Assembly (NCBI GenBank): GCA_964016885.1
Contig: CAXHJY010000040.1
Coordinates: 1 to 64,000, forward strand
Source of the DNA: Eledone cirrhosa
Lineage: Eukaryota
Length of the DNA stretch: 64,000 bases
Direction: 5' to 3'
The notes below the pieces were generated by a model. It did not search any database and was not told the DNA's origin. It saw only the letters and a program-made list of their open reading frames with translations. This document shows positions 42,825 through 56,369 of this stretch, one piece after another. The position numbers were made by a program, and so were the translations under genes. Each line of letters starts with the position of its first letter. The stretch's first letter is position 1.

Positions 42825-42878
42825 ATATTTATAACTGATATAAAAGCACTCGAGTGCTTTTATATCAGTTATAAATAT
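42825..42878. repeat. Perfect 54-bp palindrome
   Basis: ATATTTATAACTGATATAAAAGCACTC|GAGTGCTTTTATATCAGTTATAAATAT. Confidence 0.95.
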
Positions 42879-42914
42879 TTACTAGTTGTAACCCAACAAT
42901 TTAAATATAACTTT

Positions 42915-42959
<45 letters not shown>

Positions 42960-43221
42960 GAGGGATAGGGGGAGAAGGGGAGAGGGAAAGAGACAGAGAG
43001 GAGAGAAAGAAAAAGATTTTCAACTCGCACCTATGCGGGTTTAGCTAGGCCTCCTGTGTGGTGGCATCTGATAGGAGTCTCCTAGGGTTCTTCAAAGAAA
43101 GGAAAGCCCCTCATTCTTATCACATATTTATGTATGTTTAGATGGGCCCCCTACGAAGTTCTATCTCACAAGTTTCTTGATTGTTTTGCTGAAGTTCCGC
43201 ACCTTAACTACTGGGCTACGC

Positions 43222-43279
<58 letters not shown>

Positions 43280-43359
43280 ATAAAATATAGAGAAAAATAC
43301 TGCAGGTAGCACATGGATAACATGTAATAAAATGAGTCCCTCATCAGTATATATAACTA

Positions 43360-43558
43360 TAGGAACGAGTAGGACCCCAACGGCAGAGCTCAAGCCGTTT
43401 CGACGGCTAATTCTGGACTAAATAGGTCCTACTCGTTCCTATTACCCACTCTACTACCCTAAGTATTGAGTACTTTGGTGCGTTATGGTCCATCTGGTTC
43501 CTTACCACATTTCCTTCGTTATATATATATATATATATATATAACGAAGGAAATGTGG

Positions 43559-43560
<2 letters not shown>
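43360..43560 (+). mobile_element. Family C element plus an inverted terminal stub across (TA)n
   Basis: Hairpin and tail 43360-43520; AACGAAGGAAATGTGGT at 43543 is the reverse complement of the tail end. Confidence 0.8.
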
Positions 43561-43596
<36 letters not shown>

Positions 43597-43607
43597 ATAA
43601 GTTTATC

Positions 43608-43696
43608 CCGGGTTCAATCGGGGGTAACCACTGTAAGTAAAGTACTCAATACAAAGCAGAGTGTAAATATTTAATATAGAAAAGGTTTCTACAGGA
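43608..43696 (-). mobile_element. Family B tail fragment between (TA)n tracts
   Basis: CCGGGTTCAATCGGGGGTAACCACTGTAAGTAAAGTACTCAATAC..TTCTACAGGA. Confidence 0.75.
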
Positions 43697-43698
43697 GA

Positions 43699-43736
<38 letters not shown>

Positions 43737-43915
43737 GTAAACACACACACACACACATATATATATGTGCGTGTGTGTACTCACACAATACATATAGTTT
43801 GCCTGCACGTACATCATCTTTTGATATATGTGTGTGTATTCATATGGAAAGATGATGTTATACATATATACACATGCTTCTCTCACTCTCCTTCCCCCTC
43901 CCCCAGTATAAATAT

Positions 43916-43951
<36 letters not shown>

Positions 43952-44390
43952 GAAAGGTTTGGTGTGTCAATAAACGTACACAGTCTTTGTTTAAAATGCC
44001 TCTTAACACCCTTTCAATACGTTAGTCTGGGTGTTTTCATATAAAAGCAGCCATATAAATGAGCTTTTGTGTACATACATACATGCAGCATGTGTGTGTG
44101 TATATACTCATGCTTGTGTATACATTCATACTGTATGTATGAGTGTACATATGCATGCATTTACATGTGTGTACGGCGTACATAAATGTGTATACGCTTG
44201 TGTGTGTGTGTATGTACATGCATGCGTGTACGTGAGTGAGTGAGATTGCGTTTGTTTGTCAGACGTTATAGAATGGTACACAGAATCTATAGAAAAGGTG
44301 AGTTTATATACACATACACACACACATATACAGTTTAAACATATATATACACTGTGTTTATACATATATATATATACACTGAGCATTATC

Positions 44391-44882
44391 GGTGAATTGG
44401 CAGTATCGGTAGAGGGTTGGACGCCATGCTTTCTAGCATAGTTACGTCCCTTTACAGTCTGAGTTCAAATCCCGCCGAGGTTAACTTTGCCTTTCATCCT
44501 TACGGGGTCGATGAAATAAAGTACCAGTAATGTACTGGGTAATTGCTGGCCTTGTGCCTAAAGTAGAAACAATTATATATATATATATATACACCGAGCA
44601 GGTTAACTTTGCCTTTCATCCTTATGGGGTCGATAAAATAAAGTACCAGTAATGTACTGGGTTATTGCTGGCCTTGTGCCCAAAGTAGAAACAATTATAT
44701 ATATATTTTGACAGTATCGGTAGAGAGTCGGACGCCATGCTTTGCAGCACAGTTACGTCCCTTTACGGATTGCGTTCAAATCCCGCCGAGGTTAACTTTG
44801 CCTTTCATCCTTACGGGGTCGATAAAATAAAGTACCAGTAATACACTGGGATAATTGTTGGCCTTGTGCCCAAAGTAGAAAC

Positions 44883-44887
<5 letters not shown>
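44391..44887 (+). mobile_element. Three head-to-tail SINE family G copies (middle one 5'-truncated)
   Basis: Copies at about 44391-44577, 44600-44698 and 44707-44887, each ending AAAGTAGAAACAATTA(TA)n. Confidence 0.9.
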
Positions 44888-44938
<51 letters not shown>

Positions 44939-45604
44939 TGTAATGGATTATCAACAAGGAGTGGACATTAAGTGGACATTAAGACGAAAAGAATTAATTT
45001 ATTTTAAACCTTCCATATCCGATCAGAATTTTCTCACCTCTTTCTATTCAAACCGGCCGCTCATACTGATGTTAAGGTATTGTTCTCAAAACAAATGTTA
45101 TCAAACTCTCATAGATTCGATAAAAATATAATAGTAAATATAGACTAATATAAATGTTAAAGGGTTAAGGGTTAAGGGTTAAGCTCATAAGAAGGAGGAA
45201 AATGATGAGAGGGAAGTCTGGCAGTTCGAGGGAAGAAGGCTTACAACCTTAGAAAGATTTCCTTATTGGTAGAACAACAACCGCATCTAGAAGTAGGCCT
45301 CCTACGAAGTTATATCTTATAAGTTTCTTGGATGTTTTAATGATAGAGGCCTCTATCATGTTTGTTATTGTTATAGCTCATAACGATGCAGATTTAGCTG
45401 GCCTCCTACAAGGTTAAACCTCGTAGGTTTCTTGAGTGCTTTAACACTAGGGACCCCAATCTTAAACACACACGCTAAAACTTTTTGAAAAGATTAAAAT
45501 GACATATTATAGCTAACAATTGGGGCAAAATGCTTTCATAAAAACAACAACCATATGTGTGTGTGTGTGTGTGTGTATTCATGTGTGCGTATATATATAT
45601 ATGA

Positions 45605-45639
<35 letters not shown>

Positions 45640-45905
45640 CGTACTTATGTTTTAATATGTATACAAGCATAAAAGTACACGTGTATGTGTGTGAACGTGT
45701 ACGTGATAGAAATGCTCTAAACAGATAAAAATGTGTGGGTGTCTGCATGAGCATGGATGTGTATATATATGTGTGTGTAGATGTGTGTGTGACGTGTGTG
45801 GAAGTAGGAAATTAGGGAGAAAGATAATGATCTAAGAAACGAAGAACATTCGCGAACACACACACACACATATACATACACATCTATACACACACGAATA
45901 TTTAT

Positions 45906-45940
<35 letters not shown>

Positions 45941-45995
45941 CATCTATACAAACACATATATATAGACATACACATCTATATACAAATATCTATAG

Positions 45996-46036
<41 letters not shown>

Positions 46037-46435
46037 TATATCTCTTCCTACGTGCACACACACAACTACTTATGCACACACACACACATATATATACAAA
46101 TATATCTCTCCCTACACACACATATCTATACATATATCTACACACACACACAGATATATCTCTCCCTACACACACACATATCTATACACGCACACATCTA
46201 TGCATACAGATACATCTATACACACACAGATATATCTACACATACACACACAAATATATATATATATATGTCTCATATAAAATAATACAACTGGCTATCC
46301 GCAAAATACGTATAGTTAGCACCCCAAACGTATAATTGAGATTATACTAAGGTATATCCTAATGTTTGTTGAGTGAGACAGAAGCCGGTCGGAGTATTGC
46401 TTAAAGCTTTCTTTGTTAATGTATTAAATATATAT

Positions 46436-46790
46436 CCGATATATTAACAAATGGAAACTATATTTATAAAACCACATTTATTTCATTATACATATTTCAA
46501 GGACACCAAGTTAAATTATGGTGTGCTTTCATCAGATAAAATATAATATAGAGCATTTTTATATAAAACCATATTTATTTCATTATACATATTTCAAAGA
46601 CACCAAGTTAAATTATGGTGTGCTTTCATCAGATAAAATATAATATAGAGCAGTTTTATATAAAACCATATTTATTTCATTATACATATTTCAAAGACAC
46701 CAAGTTAAATTATGGTGTGCTTTCATCAGATAAAATATAATATAGAGCAGTTTTATAAATAAATATTGACACACCCTTAAAGAATTGTAT
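46436..46790 (-). ncRNA. Tandem array of three 97-bp units, each with a minimal type I hammerhead ribozyme (family D)
   Basis: TCATCAG (reverse complement CUGAUGA) at 46529, 46626 and 46723; units are near-identical to the reverse complement of 33317-33415. Confidence 0.85.
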
Positions 46791-47134
46791 CCCAACAATT
46801 TAAATAGAACTTCTACACACACACATATATATATATCCCTACGTAAACACACATATTTATACACACAAAACTCACACCACACTACACACACCACACTACA
46901 CACACCACACTGAGTACACATGCAAATTGCCCTAACGCCTAAAAGTTGGTTTTTATTCTGCTAAAAAAGAAAGGAAAAGGAAAGGAAAAGGAAAACAAAA
47001 AGACAAAGGCGGCGGTGGGGTTGTGGGGGGGGGGAGGGTGTGTGTGCACTGAGCAAGTTGGTTCTCTCTTGATTTTGCGATAATTACTGTGGAAACTAGT
47101 TTAATTGGACGGCTGACTCAAAAGCTATTATCCT

Positions 47135-47710
47135 CATGATCATCATAACCATCGTCACCATCACCATTGTCACCATCACCATTGTCATCATCATGGCAAT
47201 CTTTTGTCGTCATCGTCATCATGATCATCATCATCATCATCATCATCTTTTTCGCCATCGTCATCAACATTATTGTCATCGTCACCATCGCAATCTTTGT
47301 TGTCATCGTCATCATGATCATAATCTTTGTCGCCATCGCTATCATCATCACCATCATCATCATCATCGTCGTCATCACCATCGTCGTCATCATCATCGTC
47401 ATTATCGTCATCATTATCGTCGTCGCCATTATCATCGCCATCATCGTCTTTATTGTTTTCACGATTTTTTGTCATCGACACCGTACTCATCATCATCATA
47501 GCAATCTTTATCGTCATCGTCATCATCATTATCACCGTCATCACCGCCGTCATCTTTATCATTTTCACGATTTTTGTCAGACATCGTCAACATCATCATC
47601 ATCAGTATCACCATCATCGACCTCATCATCATCGCAATCGTCATTGTCATTATCATCGTCCTCGTCTTTTTTATTGTTTTCACGATTTTTGTCGTTGACA
47701 TTGTCATCAG
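47135..47710. repeat. Degenerate (CAT/CGT)n tract
   Basis: Read directly; TTTTCACGATTTTT recurs three times. Confidence 0.85.
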
Positions 47711-49042
47711 CATGGAGTTGGCTACCCGTAGCAGTGGAGACTTCTGGTGTCCTTGGCCCAAGGACCACTTCCCTTCTCCCCACCATAATGGGCACAGAAT
47801 TGGCTACCCGTAGCAGTAGAGACTTCTGGTGTCCTTGACCCAAGGACCACTTCCCTTCTCCCCACCATAATGGGCACAGAATTGGCTACCCGTAGCAGTA
47901 GAGACTTCTGGTGTCCTTGACCCAAGGACCACTTCCCTTCTCACCACCATAATGGGCACAGAATTGGCTACCCGTAGCAGTAGAGACTTCTGGTGTCCTT
48001 GACCCAAGGACCACTTCCCTTCTCACCACCATAATGGGCACAGAATTGGCTACCCGTAGCAGTAGAGACTTCTGGTGTCCTTGGCCCAAGGATCACTTCC
48101 CTTCTCACCACCATAATGGGCACAGAATTGGCTACTCGCAGCAGTGGAGACTTCTGGTGTCCTTGGCCCAAGGACCACTTCCCTTCTCACCACCATAATG
48201 GGCACAGAATTGGCTACCCGTAGCAGTAGAGACTTCTGGTGTCCTTGGCCCAAGTACCACTTCCCTTCTCACCACCATAATGGGCACAGAATTGGCTACC
48301 CGTAGCAGTAGAGACTTCTGGTGTCCTTGACCCAAGGACCACTTCCCTTCTCACCACCATAATGGGCACAGAATTGGCTACCCGTAGCAGTAGAGACTTC
48401 TGGTGTCCTTGGCCCAAGGACCACTTCCCTTCTCACCACCATAATGGGCACAGAATTGGCTACCCGTAGCAGTAGAAACTTCTGGTGTCCTTGACCCAAG
48501 GACCACTTCCCTTCTCACCACCATAATGGGCACAGAATTGGCTACTCGCAGCAGTGGAGACTTCTGGTGTCCTTGGCCAAAGGAGCACCTCCCTACTCAC
48601 TACCAACATGTTCACAGAATTGGCTACTCGCAGCAGTGGAAACTTCTGGTGTCCTTGGTCTAAGGCCACCTTCCTACTCACAGAATTGGCTACCCGCAGC
48701 AGTGGAGACTTCTGGTGTCCTTGGTCTAAGACCACCTCCCTCCTCACAGAATTGGCTACCCGCAGCAGTGGAGACTTCTGGTGTCCTTGGTCTAAGACCA
48801 CCTCCCTCCTCACAGAATTGGCTACCCGCAGCAGTGGAGACTTCTGGTGTCCTTGGTCTAAGGCCACCTCCCTCCTCACAGAATTGGCTACCCGCAGCAG
48901 TGGAGACTTCTGGTGTCCTTGGTCTAAGGCCACCTCCCTCCTCACAGAATTGGCTACCCGCAGCACTGGAGACTTCTGGTGTCCTTGGTCTAAGGCCACC
49001 TTCCTATTCACTACCATTGTGGACATGGAGTTGGCTATCCGC
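47711..49042. repeat. GC-rich satellite: about 11 x 82-bp units switching to about 6 x 66-bp units
   Basis: TTGGCTAC at 47718 and 47800 (period 82), and at 48686 and 48752 (period 66). Confidence 0.95.
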
Positions 49043-49299
49043 AATGTGTGAGCCTCATGAGTTGGAAGGAATGGTTCTTCAAACGCGGCTCTCTCAATTA
49101 TCTCCGGGGAAACACCTTCACTATTCTGTCCACCGGGGTCACGGGTTGGCCATCACGTGGGTTCCCGTTTGCTTGTAATAGTGAGAGATGGCGAGAGCGA
49201 GAGAGACGAAAGCAATGAGTGGAAGATAGAGAGAAAGATAGAAACATCAACTCAAAGAATTAACTTATTTTCTTTACCATAAATTTCATAAAATACTAT

Positions 49300-49775
49300 G
49301 TATTTTAAAGATTTGATTTCTAGGTGGTATTTGGAGAGAAACTTTAAATTTCTAAGACAAAACTACGATGGAATGTTTTCAGATAAATATAAACACTTTA
49401 ACCCTTTCGCTGTCATATTTCTAATTAAAGACATTGCCTATGGTTTTCAAATAAGCAAGAATTCGGGTAGAGATTTGATAATATAATTAGCTGTCTCATT
49501 ACCTAAGCTGGTGTTTGAAGAAATGCTTAATAACACTTCTTATATAAAATTATGGTGGAATGTTTTTAACCCTTTCGGTACCATATTTCCAATACAAGGC
49601 ACCGCCGACGGTTCTCACATAAATTTTGAAAATAATCAAGAATTTGGAAGGATTTAATTAACTTTCTTAATATTAAAGCTATTGTTTAGAACATAAAGGT
49701 TCTTATGCAAGATTATGATGGAAGGAGGCTTTGAGATAAATATAAACACTTTAACCCTTTTGTTACCATATTTCC
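49300..49775. repeat. Degenerate array of an AT-rich dispersed repeat with TTAACCCTTT unit boundaries
   Basis: TTAACCCTTT at about 49398, 49566 and 49751; related to 31380-31620 and 57140-58115. Confidence 0.65.
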
Positions 49776-50364
49776 TCTGCTATTTTCAGACAAACAGATC
49801 CATTATTTACACATACACACAGGGGCGAGTATACATACACCCAAACAGAGGCGGGCATACATGCATACACTAATCCACAAAGACAGACATACAGATAGAC
49901 ACAGCTATACAGACACAAATACACACGTATACAAATACAGGCACACTCACAGACAGTCGTACATACAGACACACAGATGTACACAGTCTGACGTACACAC
50001 ACACAGACGTACACACACACGTACACACAGACACACATACAGACAGTCGTACACACAAACACACACACACGTACACACATACAGACACACACAGTCGTAC
50101 ACACAGACATACACAGACAGTCGTACACAGACACACACAGATATACAAACAGACACACAGACAGACAGTCAGACACAGACACACAGACACACACAGATAT
50201 ACAGACAGACACACACAGATATACAGACAAACAGACACACACAGACACACAGACAGACAGACAGACACAGACACACAGACACACACAATACCTATTTAAA
50301 ATTCCACAATAATGGTGAACGACGTAAACAAGACAGATCCGAAAATTCCTGGCACAGTAGGGTT

Positions 50365-51485
50365 AGTGGTGGTGGTGGTGTATAGTATGGTGGTGGTGGT
50401 GGTGGTGTATAGTGTGGTGGTGGTGGTGGTGTATAGTATGGTGATGGTGGTAGTGGTGTATAGTGGTGGTGGTGGTGGTAGTAGTGGTGTATGGTGGTGG
50501 TGGTGTATAGTGTGGTGGTGGGGGTAGTAGTAGTGGTTTATAGTGGTGGTGGTGGTGGTGTATAGTGTGGTGGTGGTGGTAGTAGTGGTGTATAGTGGTG
50601 GTGGTGGTGGTGTATAGTGTGGTGGTGGTGTATAGTGGTGGTGGTGTATACTGTGGTGGTGGTGTATGGTGTGGTGTAGTATAGTGTGATGGTGGTGTAT
50701 AGTGTGGTGGTGGTGGTGTATAGTGTGGTGGTGGTGGTGTATAGTATGGTGGTGGTGGTAGTAGTAGTGGTTTATAGTGTGGTGGTGGTGTATAGTGGTG
50801 GTGGTGTATAATGTGGTGGTGGTGTATAGTGTGGTGTAGTATAGTGTGGTGGTGGTGTATAGTGTGGTGGTGTATAGTGTGATGGTGGTGTATAGTGGTG
50901 GTAGTGGTGTATAGTGTGGTGGTGGTGGTAGTAGTGGTGTATAGTGTGGTGGTGGTGTATAGTGTGGTGGTGGTGTATAGTGTGGTGGTGGTGGTGGTAG
51001 TAGTGGTGTATAGTGTGTTGGTGTATAGTGGTGTGATGGTGGTGTATAGTGTGGTGGTGGGGGTAGTAGTGGTGTATAGTGTGGTGGTGGTGTATAGTGT
51101 GGTGGTGGTGTATAGTGTGGTGGTGGTGGTGTATAGTGTGGTGGTGGTGGTAGTAGTGGTGTATAGTGTGTTGGTGTATAGTGGTGTGATGGTGGTGTAT
51201 AGTGTGGTGGTGGTGGTGGTGGTAATGATGGTGGTGGTAATGATGGTGGTGTGGTCGTGTTGGATTTTAAGATGGTGGTGGCCGTGGTAATGATGATGGC
51301 GGTGTAGTGGCGTTGGATTCTAAGGTGGTGGTGTGGTCGTATTGGTTTCTGTGGTGGTGGTGTTGGTGGTAGTGGTGGTGGTGGTGTTGGTGGTGGTGGT
51401 GGTGGTGTTGGTGGTGGTGGTGATGGTGGTGATGATGGTAGTGGTGGTGGTGGTGGTGGTGGTTGTAATGATGATGGTGGTGGTG
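50365..51485. repeat. (GGT)n / GTGTATAGT low-complexity minisatellite
   Basis: Read directly; explains the PPPHYT ORF. Confidence 0.9.
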
Positions 51486-51839
51486 ACAGATAGGAGGAAG
51501 GCGGAGAAGGGGAGAGAGAGAGAGAGAGAGAGACAGAGAACTTCTGACGAAAACACCTCAAAGAAAACGTTAAAGGATGCGATAGTAGAAGAATGAAGAG
51601 GGAAAGGAGAAGGAGGTGATAGAAGTGAGTGAATGAGGGGGGGGGGCTAAGGAAGGGGAGGTGATGATTGGATGTATGTGTGTGTGTGTGTGTTTCGATC
51701 TCTGTGTATGTATTGGTGTACAAGAGTCTTGGTGTGAGTGCGTGTGTGTTGAGGTGTGAGTGCGTGTATGTTGAAGTCAGAGTATGTGTGCATGTTAAAG
51801 TGTGTGTGTGTGTGTGTGTATGTGTGTATGTTGAAGTGT

Positions 51840-51890
<51 letters not shown>

Positions 51891-52207
51891 AAACGAGAAG
51901 GATAAACAGTTAAAACGCATATTTTAAAGACACACACACACACACACCACACAGACACCACACAGACACACACACACCACACACACACACACACACCACA
52001 CAGACACACCACACAGACACACACACACAGACACACACACACACCACACAGACACACACACAGACACACACCACACACACCCAGACACACACACACACGT
52101 ATATATAAGTTGCAAGCAAGTACATTGTGCCTATATAGAAAGAGATGGAAAGATTAAGAGAAAGAATGAAACAGTACTAATCCTGTAAAAGTCACCTCAT
52201 AATAATC

Positions 52208-52400
52208 GTGTGTGTGTGTTGGTGAGTGCGTGTGTGTTGGTGAGTGTGTGTGTGTTGGTGAGTGCGTGTGTGTTGGTGAGTGTGTGTGTGTTGGTGAGGG
52301 CGTGTGTGTTGGTGAGTGCGTGTGTGTTGGTGAGTGCGTGTGTGTTGGTGAGTGCGTGTGTGTTGGTGAGTGCGTGTTGGTGAGTGCGTGTGTTGGTGAG
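52208..52400. repeat. 18-bp minisatellite GTGTGTTGGTGAGTGCGT
   Basis: Read directly. Confidence 0.9.
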
Positions 52401-52746
52401 TGTGTGAGTGTGTGTGTGTGTGTGTTGGTGACGTGTTGTAGAGAGAGAATGTGTATGTGTGTGTTGATGTTAGTATGTATAGAGAGAGAGAGACAGTACG
52501 TTTGTGTGTATTTGAGTGAGTGTTGATGTGTGTATGTGTGTGGAGGGTGGGTATTGATCTGAGTGTGTGTGTGGGGGTGGGTATTGATCTGAGTGTGTGT
52601 GTGAGGGTGGGTGTTGATCTGAGTGTGTGTGTGTATGTGTGTGTATGTATGTATGTGGGTGTTTTGACAAACACCCACACACACAAAAAGATAAAGAAAT
52701 ATATATATACATGGATGTTTGAGTGTGTACTTCCTTGGGGGTGTAT

Positions 52747-52827
<81 letters not shown>

Positions 52828-53164
52828 AGTGTGGGTGTGTATTTCCTTGAGTGGGTGTATATACACATATATACTGACAGAGAATGACATAGCTATACAT
52901 ACAAGCGAGTGTGGGTGTATGTTTCGTTAGAGTGTGTGTGTGTGTGTGTATACATACAGAGAGAGAGAGAGAGAGAGAAATATACATGCGTGTGTGTATA
53001 TCGATGTCTTTGTGGGTGAATGTATATATATATATACACACACAGAGCTAACGACAAACAACCGTGTATATATATATATGAATATACACAGCTAATGACA
53101 AACAAAAACTGTATATATATTTATATATACACACAAAGAACTAAGGACGAACAATCGTGAATGT

Positions 53165-53199
<35 letters not shown>

Positions 53200-53439
53200 A
53201 ACACACACATACAGAACTAATGACGAACAACCGCGTAAGTAAACACACACACACACATAAATATATATATATATATTTATACACACTCACAGCTAATCAC
53301 AAACAACCATATATGGATGTTATATACACATACACACACACACATATATATATATATATACATATATGTATATATACATATATATATACATACTTACAGA
53401 CACATACACGCATACAGAACTAATGGCTAACAACCGTGA

Positions 53440-53479
<40 letters not shown>

Positions 53480-53552
53480 TTATATATATGTATTTACACA
53501 TACACACAGCTAATCACAAACAACCGTGTATGTGTGTAATACATACATATAT

Positions 53553-53584
<32 letters not shown>

Positions 53585-53634
53585 GTGTGTGTATGTGTAA
53601 ATACATATATATAAATGTGTGTATACCTTTCATT

Positions 53635-53668
<34 letters not shown>

Positions 53669-53775
53669 TATATATATACACACACACACACATACATACA
53701 CACACACTCATACAGAGCTAACGACGACGACCAGCCGATAAGTAATCACATTTTCCTGGTGAAATAGATTCCTTT

Positions 53776-53809
<34 letters not shown>

Positions 53810-53957
53810 TCCAGCGATATCTCTTATGTCGCGGATTTAACAAATTCATATACACTCACTCACTCACTCAATACAGATATACATACATGCATTTTAAATA
53901 AATTTAAAACTTTTCACATCTCTTCGCTTATATATACACACACATTATATATATGAT

Positions 53958-54140
53958 TTGCAGTATCGGTAGAGGGTCGGACGCCATGCTTTGCAAGCAT
54001 AGAGTTACGGCCCTTTATGGTCTGAGTTCAAATCCCGCCGAGGTTAACTTTGCCTTTCATCCATACGGAGTCATTAAAATAAAGTACCAGTAATACGCTG
54101 AGAAAATTGCTGGCCTTGTGCCTAAAGTAGAAACAATTAT
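53958..54140 (+). mobile_element. SINE family G, full length
   Basis: Matches the 44391 and 10161 copies. Confidence 0.9.
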
Positions 54141-54753
54141 ATATATATGAGTGTGTGTGTGTGTGTTATAATTTCATCTTTCTAAAGAAACACGGTATGT
54201 TTATAGATAAACATTTAGAAAGCCGTCGCTATATATATATAATAAAAATAATGAATAAACAAAGAAACAGTTCCTTATATTAAAAAATTCATCATTTTAC
54301 GATCGTTTCTAGGATATATATGTTAGTGTTGGTATGCATATCCTATAGATCTATGTAAAGTTTTTACAAACTATCAGAGGGAATATACATACCTTCACAT
54401 ATATGTGTTTTATCTACATATATATATAAATTACGGTACGATAAATTACTTTTTAAAAAATGTTTTGCTGTTATTCTATGAGAAAATCCTATTACCATTT
54501 TCTAAGTTTTCCTATTTTCCTAATATATATATATATATATATAAACTCGTGTGTCACTTCTCAACATTATATATATATATATATATATGAGTGTGTGTAC
54601 GTGTGTGTGTGTGTGAATATATATATATATGTGTGTGTGTGTGTGTTTGCTTGCGTGAAACGTCGTACACACAACACCTAGAAGACAACCTCAGGTTTCA
54701 CCGCGCTCTAAATCTTGTGTGTACTATCCCAATATGCATGTATGTATGTGTAG

Positions 54754-54795
<42 letters not shown>

Positions 54796-54991
54796 CTGTG
54801 TGAAATGTAGTCGTCCCAATACAAGTGAATAAAATAATTGTTTCTACTTTTTTAGCACAAGGCCAGGAATTCTCCCAGTGTATTACTGGTACAAGTGAAT
54901 AAAATAATATTCACTCCCTAGTTAAAATTAAAATTAAAAAAAAATTGAACAGGTGCCTCTTGGATGAATCGAACTTGAAACCCCTCATCTC

Positions 54992-55043
<52 letters not shown>

Positions 55044-55521
55044 GAGGTCTATTTCTTCTCACTTTCCGTTGCTTAAACCTTTTTGTTTGTTACCCTGGCG
55101 TCCCCTTTGTTTACGTGTCCCAACGACTTTTTTTAGCCGTTGTTCGCACCAACCTGAGGCATATGGCCCTTAAAGCGATGAAATGCCTGGGACGGTTGGA
55201 GGGTCACTGATGAAGGACTTACTTTTTCATATGCACCACCATTTGCAACGCGCAGCCATCATTATTATCATATATATATATGTATATATGCTTTATATGG
55301 TGACATAATATCTACCACAACCACGAGTCTTTGGTACACTAACTACCACCACCACCACCACTACTACTAAAAGTAAACACGACTTTGATTGTTGGTAGAT
55401 GTACTTACTGCACATTTAAATTTAAACATACTTAAGAATTGACATCAAATTGTTATCTTAGTACTGTATAAACCTATATATGTATATCCTTCAGTGTACA
55501 CACACACACACACATATATAT

Positions 55522-55554
55522 ATTCCTCATTGTGTGTACTTATATACTTATACA

Positions 55555-55602
<48 letters not shown>

Positions 55603-55735
55603 CATTGTGTGTACTTACATACTTATACACCATATATATATATATATATACCTCATTGTGTGTACTTATATACTTATACACCATATATATATATATATAT
55701 ATATACCTCATTGTGTGTACTTATATACTTATACA

Positions 55736-55777
<42 letters not shown>

Positions 55778-55810
55778 CATTGTGTGTACTTATATACTTA
55801 TACACCATAT
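55522..55810. repeat. 5 x CCTCATTGTGTGTACTTATATACTTATACACCA units separated by variable (TA)n
   Basis: Read directly. Confidence 0.9.
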
Positions 55811-55934
55811 ATATATATATACACACACATCTTTCACTGTGTAATTAAATACATGCACACCATATATATGTACACACTCATACATATTCCTCAGTGTGTA
55901 CTTATATACATACACCCCATATATCTACACATAC

Positions 55935-55980
<46 letters not shown>

Positions 55981-56108
55981 GCGTGTGCGTGTGTGTGTGT
56001 GTGTAGATAGAATCACATTAGTTAGAGCATTGTTTGGCTTCTTGAAAAGTAACCGGCTTAAAGTGGGTACCGATCACATATATACACACATATATACATA
56101 CATGCGTG

Positions 56109-56142
<34 letters not shown>

Positions 56143-56259
56143 CACATAGATACATAGATAAGATGCTACTAGCTGAGACTATTAAAACCATTATTCAACT
56201 TAGTACCACTCCATACTTAAGGAAAGTAAATTATATATTACATAGTATATACATCCGTA

Positions 56260-56369
<110 letters not shown>

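Noticed and set aside
45156-45183. (TTAAGGG)3 as an interstitial telomere
   Set aside because: A 7-mer rather than TTAGGG, and only three units; it fits a duplicated AAGGGTTAA transposon end equally well
47711-49042. CRISPR-like array
   Set aside because: Whole units are repeated, with no variable spacers
50296-51723. 475-aa extensin-like Pro/His/Tyr ORF
   Set aside because: A low-complexity (GGT)n derivative that drifts between repeat registers
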